NCBI RefSeq assembly: GCF_000016745.1
Contig: NC_009483.1
Location: 4,800,001-4,832,000, forward strand
DNA from: Geotalea uraniireducens Rf4
Lineage (GTDB): Bacteria; Desulfobacterota; Desulfuromonadia; Geobacterales; Geobacteraceae
Length of the DNA stretch: 32,000 bases
Reading direction: 5' to 3'
The notes below the pieces were generated by a model, which was given only the letters and a program-made list of their open reading frames with translations, was not told the DNA's origin and searched no databases. The position numbers and the translations under genes are program-made. Positions 24,247 through 32,000 of this stretch are shown piece by piece; position 1 is the stretch's first letter, and each line of letters opens with the position of its first letter.

Positions 24247-24576
24247 GTGAAAAAAAAGCAGCTGACCACCGATGAGATTATGGAAATTTTACGGAAAGAG
24301 CTTTCGTTTCTGGAAAAGACCTATGGCGTCATGCATATTGCCGTATTTGGCTCCGTCGCAAAGGGTGAACAAAAAGAACGCAGCGACGTGGACATCCTGG
24401 TAGAGCTCAGGGAGCCTTTGGGATTTGCCTTCATCCGAATGGCGCGCCACCTGGAAAAGATCCTGGGCAGAAAGGTGGATATCTCGACGACCGATTGTCT
24501 TGACAGCGGTATCGACAATCCCCGGTACCGTCACATCGCCCGCGACATCCAGAGGACCATGCGTCGTGTCGCATAA
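24247..24576 (+). CDS. mntA: MNT-type nucleotidyltransferase antitoxin (type VII TA)
   Basis: FGSVAKGEQKERSDVDILV (GSx10-SDxD motif). GTG start with an AAGGGGG RBS. Overlaps the downstream gene by 11 nt. Confidence 0.85.
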   Translation: MKKKQLTTDEIMEILRKELSFLEKTYGVMHIAVFGSVAKGEQKERSDVDILVELREPLGFAFIRMARHLEKILGRKVDISTTDCLDSGIDNPRYRHIARDIQRTMRRVA

Positions 24577-24946
24577 CAGGCGGGATGCGGATTATCTGAG
24601 GGATATTCTTGAGGCGATGGCACGCATATCGTCCTACACAGCAGGGATGTCTTTTGAAGGGTTCATGGATGATCCCAGGACCCAGGATGCCGTTGTCAGA
24701 AATCTGGAGGTCATCGGAGAGGCGACGAAGAGACTTTCCGGCGAACTGCGGAAGAAATACCGGACAATTCCCTGGAAAGACATGGCTGGGGTAAGGGATA
24801 AGCTTATCCATCATTATTTCGGGATCGAATATAAAATCGTCTGGTCCATCGCTTCGGTGGATCTGCCGAAGCTTACCGATGAGCTGAAAGATATTCTGGC
24901 CAAGGAAGCGATACAATTGCATCTGACGGATTCCGTGAATGACTGA
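24566..24946 (+). CDS. hepT: HepT (DUF86) toxin, HEPN-family RNase
   Basis: RDKLIHHY matches the Rx4HxY HEPN motif. N-terminal YLRDILEA is typical of DUF86. GTG start inside the 3' end of mntA. Confidence 0.85.
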   Translation: MSHNRRDADYLRDILEAMARISSYTAGMSFEGFMDDPRTQDAVVRNLEVIGEATKRLSGELRKKYRTIPWKDMAGVRDKLIHHYFGIEYKIVWSIASVDLPKLTDELKDILAKEAIQLHLTDSVND

Positions 24947-24973
24947 ATTTTCTTAAGACAGAGGAAGACGCAT

Positions 24974-26680
<1,707 letters not shown>

Positions 26681-26722
26681 CTGCAGAAGCTGCCGGAAGA
26701 ACTATCAGTGATAAAGGGGGAC

Positions 26723-28591
26723 ATGTCGCTGCACATCCTGGTGATCAATGAAAACGAGGCGCTCTGCGACTTCCTCTCCCACCTGCTGTCTGAGGATGGA
26801 CACGAGGTTTCCTGCGTCCGGGGATACAGGGAGGCCTTGCAGGCAGCCCGCAGCGAAAGACCTGAGCTTATCATCCTTGAAGTGTCGACAACGGCGATCG
26901 GCGCCGTAGAGACCGCCGATCGCCTCCATCGTGCCGAAGAAAGCCGCCACGTACCGGTCATCGTCATTTCGGATTATCCGGAACTTGAATTCGAGCTGCT
27001 CAATCTCTTCGACTTCATCCTCACCCCGGTGGACACGGCAAGGCTCCGGGAAGATATCGAGACCATCGCCCAGGGGGGTAAAAAGCGGTCACTCCCCAGC
27101 CAGAGCGAACCTCTTTCCGAGCAGGACTACCTGCTTTACTACGAATATCTCCTCGGACACAGCGGCCTGCACTTCGAGCGGCGCAACCTGAAGATCCTGG
27201 AGCGGGGCCTTATCAAGCGAATGTCGGCGCTGAAAATCGACTCTTACCGGGAATATTACGACTACCTGATCCTCCACCAGGAAAGACGGCAGGAGCTGAA
27301 AAAACTCCTCCCCTTCCTGACTATAGGTGAGACATATTTTTTCCGTTACCATGCTCACTTCGCCGCCCTGCGCAAGCTGCTCCTTGACGAACTGGCGACA
27401 AAGAAACCGGGGGAGAAAATCAAGCTCCGCCTCTGGTCGGCGGGGTGCTCGACCGGCGAAGAGCCATACTCGATGGCGATGACCATCATGGAAACCGTCC
27501 CCGGCTGGCAGGATATGGATATAAAGATACTCGCCACCGACATCGACAACCGGGCGTTGAAAAGGGCGCGGGATGGCATTTATGGTCCGTGGGCCATGCG
27601 GGTCATAGAAAAGCGTTACCTGGATCGTTACTTCGACAAAATCGGCAAAGGGTACCGGTTAAAAGACGAAGTGAAGAGCCTGGTCGATTTTTCCCATCTG
27701 AACCTGCAAACCGCTGAATTTCCGTCTTCTGCCGGAGAATTCAGCGAGCTCGATGCAGTCTTCTGCCGCAATGTCATCATTTATTTCACCCTCGCCACCA
27801 CCAGGGAGATCATTGAAAAATTCAGCGCTTGCCTGAAACCGGCGGGTTACCTGTTTTTGGGGCATTCCGAGACCCTGTCCCATATCTCGTCGCGGTTTGA
27901 AAGACAGACCCAAGACGGCGGTTTTTATTACCTGAAAAAAGTTTTCCCGCCGGTTGCAGTATCGAACGAACAGCCGCGTAGCAAGCCGTCTAAAACGACC
28001 GCCACCGTGATAAAACCGGCAAGGCCGAAACCGCCCCTGCCGGTAAAAACCGTTCCGCCCCGGTCCAACGCGCCGGCGCAAAGCGAAATCGACCTCTCCC
28101 AACTATTCCGCAAAGCCCGGCAAATGTTTGAGGAGGAACATTTCACGGAAGCAATGCAACTGCTGAAAGAGGTAATCCGTCATCAGCCCGACCATGCCGG
28201 CGCATTGATTACCCAGGGATTCATCCTTGCCAACGATGGTCATTTTCAGGAGGCGCTGGCTGCCTGCGGCAAAGCGCTGGGCATAGACGATCTGCTGGCG
28301 GAGGCTTACTTCCTCAAGGGACTTGTCCTGGACATGTCCGACAACTTGACCGAGGCGGCGGAAGAATACCGGAAGGCCATTCTTCTGGAAATGAACTTTG
28401 TCATGCCCCATTACCAGCTGTCATGGCTCTATGCACGCATGGGAAAGGATAAGGAACGGCAGCGCGAGTTGAACAACACCCTCAACATTCTGGCAAAACT
28501 GGGGAAAAACAGCACCATTCCCTACTCCGGCGGACTGTCGCGCGAAGCGTTTATCGAACAGTTGAAAAGAGAACTGGAAATGGCGGGCTAA
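26723..28591 (+). CDS. cheR: Receiver-like domain fused to a CheR-type MCP methyltransferase and C-terminal TPR repeats
   Basis: LRLWSAGCSTGEEPYSMAM and FCRNVIIYF CheR motifs. The N-terminal roughly 115 aa have the CheY fold pattern. TPR-like helices cover about 28100-28560. ATG at 26723 with an AAGGGGGA RBS. Confidence 0.85.
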   Translation: MSLHILVINENEALCDFLSHLLSEDGHEVSCVRGYREALQAARSERPELIILEVSTTAIGAVETADRLHRAEESRHVPVIVISDYPELEFELLNLFDFILTPVDTARLREDIETIAQGGKKRSLPSQSEPLSEQDYLLYYEYLLGHSGLHFERRNLKILERGLIKRMSALKIDSYREYYDYLILHQERRQELKKLLPFLTIGETYFFRYHAHFAALRKLLLDELATKKPGEKIKLRLWSAGCSTGEEPYSMAMTIMETVPGWQDMDIKILATDIDNRALKRARDGIYGPWAMRVIEKRYLDRYFDKIGKGYRLKDEVKSLVDFSHLNLQTAEFPSSAGEFSELDAVFCRNVIIYFTLATTREIIEKFSACLKPAGYLFLGHSETLSHISSRFERQTQDGGFYYLKKVFPPVAVSNEQPRSKPSKTTATVIKPARPKPPLPVKTVPPRSNAPAQSEIDLSQLFRKARQMFEEEHFTEAMQLLKEVIRHQPDHAGALITQGFILANDGHFQEALAACGKALGIDDLLAEAYFLKGLVLDMSDNLTEAAEEYRKAILLEMNFVMPHYQLSWLYARMGKDKERQRELNNTLNILAKLGKNSTIPYSGGLSREAFIEQLKRELEMAG

Positions 28592-28618
28592 AAATGCGCG
28601 GAAAAGAGGCTCTGAGAA

Positions 28619-29167
28619 ATGACGGTTGAAAAGAACGCTGGATATGATATCGGCTCCATCCTGGACGAGATGAGGGAGGAGTACTGGCAAGGCTTGACAG
28701 AAGTTGAGGAGGCCCGGGAAGAGCAGCAGGAATATATCACCTTTACCCTCGGGGGGGAAACCTTTGCCTTTGAAACAGTCCATGCCTCAGAGGTTATCCG
28801 GGTGCCGAAACTGGTGAAAATCCCCAGGGTACAGGAGCTTATCGCCGGGGTCTTCAACCTTCGCGGCGAGATAACCGCAGCCGTGGATATCAGGCCGCTC
28901 CTCGGTCTTCCCCAGCCCCCCATCTCCACGTCGGGCAGGATCATCGTCGTCAAGTCCGACAAATTTGCCACCGGCATCCTTACCGAAAAGGTGCAAGGGG
29001 TGATGCCTCTTCCGCTGAACGGTCTTGAGCCGGTGGTTACATCCCTCGACGGAACCCAGCGCGAATATATCCGCGGCCAGTTAAACTTGAACGGCAGCCT
29101 GATCATGATGCTCGACATCGTCAGACTGTTGAATGCACCGGAAATTGTCGTTGAGCATAATCCGTGA
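28619..29167 (+). CDS. cheW: Chemotaxis coupling protein CheW
   Basis: EYITFTLGGETFAFETVHASEVIRVPKLVKIPRVQELIAGVFNLRGEI is the classic CheW domain. Confidence 0.9.
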   Translation: MTVEKNAGYDIGSILDEMREEYWQGLTEVEEAREEQQEYITFTLGGETFAFETVHASEVIRVPKLVKIPRVQELIAGVFNLRGEITAAVDIRPLLGLPQPPISTSGRIIVVKSDKFATGILTEKVQGVMPLPLNGLEPVVTSLDGTQREYIRGQLNLNGSLIMMLDIVRLLNAPEIVVEHNP

Positions 29168-29218
29168 AGCGTGTATTTATAAGGTGTAATCCTCTCATTT
29201 TACAGGCAAGGAGTTGCT

Positions 29219-30955
29219 ATGTTTAACAAACTGTCAGTCAAGATTGCAGCGATTCTCATTCTGGTAATGATCGTCATCATGTCGTTTTTTACGGTTTATT
29301 TCGTCAAATCGAGAAGCGCATCCATGGAGGATGAACTGCTGTCAAAGGGTAGGATCGAGGCCCTGGCCGGCGCCAAGATGATGGAGAGGATCCTTGAGGA
29401 CGCCATTGCCAGCGGCAGGTTCAGCGAGGCGGATATATTCGATGAACACTACATCCCGATCCCGAACACCGACCCGCCGAAATATCACACCAAGTACGAT
29501 AAATACCTGGACCAGTCTGTTCAGGAGCTTGAGGATGAGTACCTGAAAGACGATCAGGTGGTTTTTGCCGTGCTCGTTGACAGGAACGGCTACCTGCCGA
29601 CCCATAACCTGAAATATTCCCAGCCGCTGACCGGCGACCAGGCTAAAGACCGGACGGGCAACAGGACAAAACGGATGTTCAATGACGAGGTCGGCCTGAA
29701 GGCGGCCAAAAACCTCGAAGAACTCCTCCAGCAGGTCTATTTCCGGGATACCGGCGAAAGGATGTGGGATATCTCCGCGCCGGTTTTTGTCAACGGCAAG
29801 CACTGGGGAGCATTCCGCATCGGTTTTTCCATGGAGAAAACCGACCGGAAGATTGCCGCCCTCAGAACCCAGATTATCGGCTCCATGCTTCTTATGCTGC
29901 TGGTCTCCAGCATGACCATCTTTTTCGTGGTCCGTTATTCCATCAGGCCGCTGCTGAAACTGACCGAGGCGGCGCGCCGCATCGCCGACGGCAATCTGAA
30001 CGAGGAGATCCCCGTTGAAACCAGCGATGAAATCGGCACACTGGCCGAGGCGTTCAACAAGATGACCACCGTCATTGTCAAAAATCTCAAAGGGGAGATT
30101 GACAAAAGCTCCAGGCTGATCGCCTCCATAAGGGAAGCCATAATCCGGTTGTCCAGCTCCGCCAACGAAATGATGGCCATCAGCGCCCAGCAATCTTCCG
30201 GCGCCACCCAGCAGGCAACCGCCGTGCAGGAAGTGACGACAACCTCGGAAGAGATCGCCATTACCGCCAAGCAGATAACGGACAATGCCAAATCGGTCGA
30301 GTCCATGGCAGAGGAAACCACCCAGAGCTGCACCGCGGGCACAAGCGATGTGACCAACGCTATTGAAGGAATGACCATACTGAAAACCCAGGTCCAGAGC
30401 ATTGCCGAGAGCATGCTGCAACTTGGGGACAACAGCCAGAAAATCGGCGGGATTGTTGAAATCATCGATGAAATCAGCGATCAGACCAACCTGCTTGCCC
30501 TCAACGCGGCCATTGAGGCTGCAGGCGCCGGAGAAGCGGGCAAACGCTTCGCCATCGTCGCACAGGAAGTAAAACGGCTGGCAGAACGGACCGTTGATGC
30601 CACCAAGCAGATCAAGGGGCTTATCGAAGAAATCCAGAAGGCGACCAACAGCACCATCATGGTTACCGAAGAGGGGACCAAGGGGGTGGATGCCGCATCA
30701 GCGTTGGTGGACAAGGTCCAGCTCTCGTTCAGCAACATCATCAACATGGTGGAAGAGACCGCCCGGGCCGCCAAGGAGATAACCCTCTCCACCCAGCAGC
30801 AGACCTCAGCCTGCGAGCAAATGGCGGAAACCATGACCGAGGTGCGGGACGTGGCCCAGCAGGTGGCTACGAGCGCTACTGAAACCGAACGTGCCATATC
30901 GGATATCATGGAACAGACGGAAAAACTGCGGGATCTGAGCGACAAAGAGGCCTAG
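29219..30955 (+). CDS. Methyl-accepting chemotaxis protein (periplasmic Cache-like sensor, HAMP, MA domain)
   Basis: Two TM segments flank a roughly 190-aa sensor. HAMP motif [13 protein letters not shown]. Signalling hairpin [38 protein letters not shown]. Confidence 0.9.
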   Translation: MFNKLSVKIAAILILVMIVIMSFFTVYFVKSRSASMEDELLSKGRIEALAGAKMMERILEDAIASGRFSEADIFDEHYIPIPNTDPPKYHTKYDKYLDQSVQELEDEYLKDDQVVFAVLVDRNGYLPTHNLKYSQPLTGDQAKDRTGNRTKRMFNDEVGLKAAKNLEELLQQVYFRDTGERMWDISAPVFVNGKHWGAFRIGFSMEKTDRKIAALRTQIIGSMLLMLLVSSMTIFFVVRYSIRPLLKLTEAARRIADGNLNEEIPVETSDEIGTLAEAFNKMTTVIVKNLKGEIDKSSRLIASIREAIIRLSSSANEMMAISAQQSSGATQQATAVQEVTTTSEEIAITAKQITDNAKSVESMAEETTQSCTAGTSDVTNAIEGMTILKTQVQSIAESMLQLGDNSQKIGGIVEIIDEISDQTNLLALNAAIEAAGAGEAGKRFAIVAQEVKRLAERTVDATKQIKGLIEEIQKATNSTIMVTEEGTKGVDAASALVDKVQLSFSNIINMVEETARAAKEITLSTQQQTSACEQMAETMTEVRDVAQQVATSATETERAISDIMEQTEKLRDLSDKEA

Positions 30956-32000
30956 ATGCCGAACCTGAACAAATACCTCAAGATATTCTTCAAGGAAGCG
31001 CAGGAGCACCTGGAAGCTCTCCAGAAGGGGCTTCTCACCCTGGAAAAGGAGCCGGCCGACCGGGTGCTCCTTCGCGACCTCATGCGCAATGCCCACACCC
31101 TGAAAGGATCGGCGAAACTGGTGGGGCTGGAGGAGATAGGCGCCATCGCCCACCGAATGGAAGACCTGTTCGAGGAGATCGAAAGGGGGGGCAGGGAGGT
31201 GAACAGCCAGGTCATCGACCTCTTGCTTAAGGGATCTGACGCCATTTCCCGGCTGGTCACCGCCCGGATCAACAACGATGAGCCGCCGTTCGACGTGGAG
31301 AAATTCATCATCGCCTTTACACAAGGTGATATCACCCCCGAAGTGCTGGAAAGGAAAGTACTGCCCCAGGCTAACGAAGGAGAGGAAACGGTCCGGACCA
31401 ATGTTAAAACCCTCGACAACCTCATCAACCGCCTCGGCGAGCTGATCATAAACAAAAAGCGCTTCGAAGATAAAATTGTCCGGCTGAAGGGTCTGTGCGG
31501 CAAAACCGTCGACCAGGAATTCGCTCCTGCGCTCCAGGGATTTCAACGGGAGCTGGAGGAAGATGTCCTGTACCTCGATTACCTGGTTCAGGAGCTGCAT
31601 GGCGAGGCAATGGCTCTTCGCATGCTTCCGTTGCGTACCATTACCGACGGGTTTGAGCGCATGGTACGCGATCTGTCGCATGAACAGGGAAAGATAATCG
31701 AATTTAAGGTCACCGGTGCGCAGATCGAGATGGATCGGGTGCTCCTTGATGCTGTCAAGCCCATGATCCTGCACATTCTCAGGAACTCCGTGGATCATGG
31801 CATTGAATCCCTCGAAGAGCGCCTTGTGGAGGGAAAACCGCCAAAGGGCACCATAGAAATATCTGCCAGGCTTGATGGAGGCGGGGTACGTCTGGATATT
31901 CGCGATGACGGTCGGGGGATCGACCCGCAGCTGGTCAGAGAGGCAGCACTGCGCAAAAGGCTAATCAGCCGGGAAGACGCCGTTTCAATGGATGACAATG
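30956..32000 (+). CDS. cheA: Chemotaxis histidine kinase CheA, N-terminal part (continues beyond the window)
   Basis: The ATG directly follows the MCP TAG stop. Hpt motif LMRNAHTLKGSAKLVGL, dimerisation region, and N-box HILRNSVDHGIE. Own translation; the frame stays open to the window end. Confidence 0.9.
   Translation, partial: MPNLNKYLKIFFKEAQEHLEALQKGLLTLEKEPADRVLLRDLMRNAHTLKGSAKLVGLEEIGAIAHRMEDLFEEIERGGREVNSQVIDLLLKGSDAISRLVTARINNDEPPFDVEKFIIAFTQGDITPEVLERKVLPQANEGEETVRTNVKTLDNLINRLGELIINKKRFEDKIVRLKGLCGKTVDQEFAPALQGFQRELEEDVLYLDYLVQELHGEAMALRMLPLRTITDGFERMVRDLSHEQGKIIEFKVTGAQIEMDRVLLDAVKPMILHILRNSVDHGIESLEERLVEGKPPKGTIEISARLDGGGVRLDIRDDGRGIDPQLVREAALRKRLISREDAVSMDDN

Overview
GC-rich chromosomal segment whose gene content and style look Geobacteraceae/Desulfuromonadales-like (inference from gene content only). 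Housekeeping and signalling genes, mostly on the + strand: a zinc-ribbon/DUF898 membrane protein with an M48 peptidase, a small diheme cytochrome c, a methyltransferase, a HIT protein, rubrerythrin, an O-methyltransferase, a CBS-domain family II pyrophosphatase, an Fcy1-like deaminase, a TIM-barrel isomerase with an RCK K+ channel, a GntR regulator, selA, ispD, ispF, an MNT/HepT toxin-antitoxin pair, glnS, and a chemotaxis cluster (REC-CheR-TPR, cheW, MCP, cheA running off the 3' end). Two things stand out. (1) About 3035-9660 is a visibly more AT-rich, decayed accessory island. It holds an AAA+ ATPase, a 5'-truncated SPFH fragment, an intact IS701-family IS with a candidate 6-bp target duplication, an Abi_2 gene preceded by tandem 16-mers and a terminator, a frameshifted integrase remnant, a Fic gene bracketed by TGTCCA/TGGACA motifs, and an inverted-repeat-bounded unit with three ~32-bp repeats. 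(2) A complete minus-strand group II intron (10654-12726) has an endonuclease-less RT/maturase. Its borders can be placed to the nucleotide because it sits inside one copy of a three-member family of intergenic elements. Those elements have 10-bp-phased, co-varying heptamer arrays and start at or near stop codons. A second repeat family (112-249 and 18515-18615) is a GC-rich palindromic element with compensatory insertions in both arms. No rRNA, tRNA or CRISPR array was found. All protein calls rest on motifs recognised by eye in the supplied translations; no database search was run.
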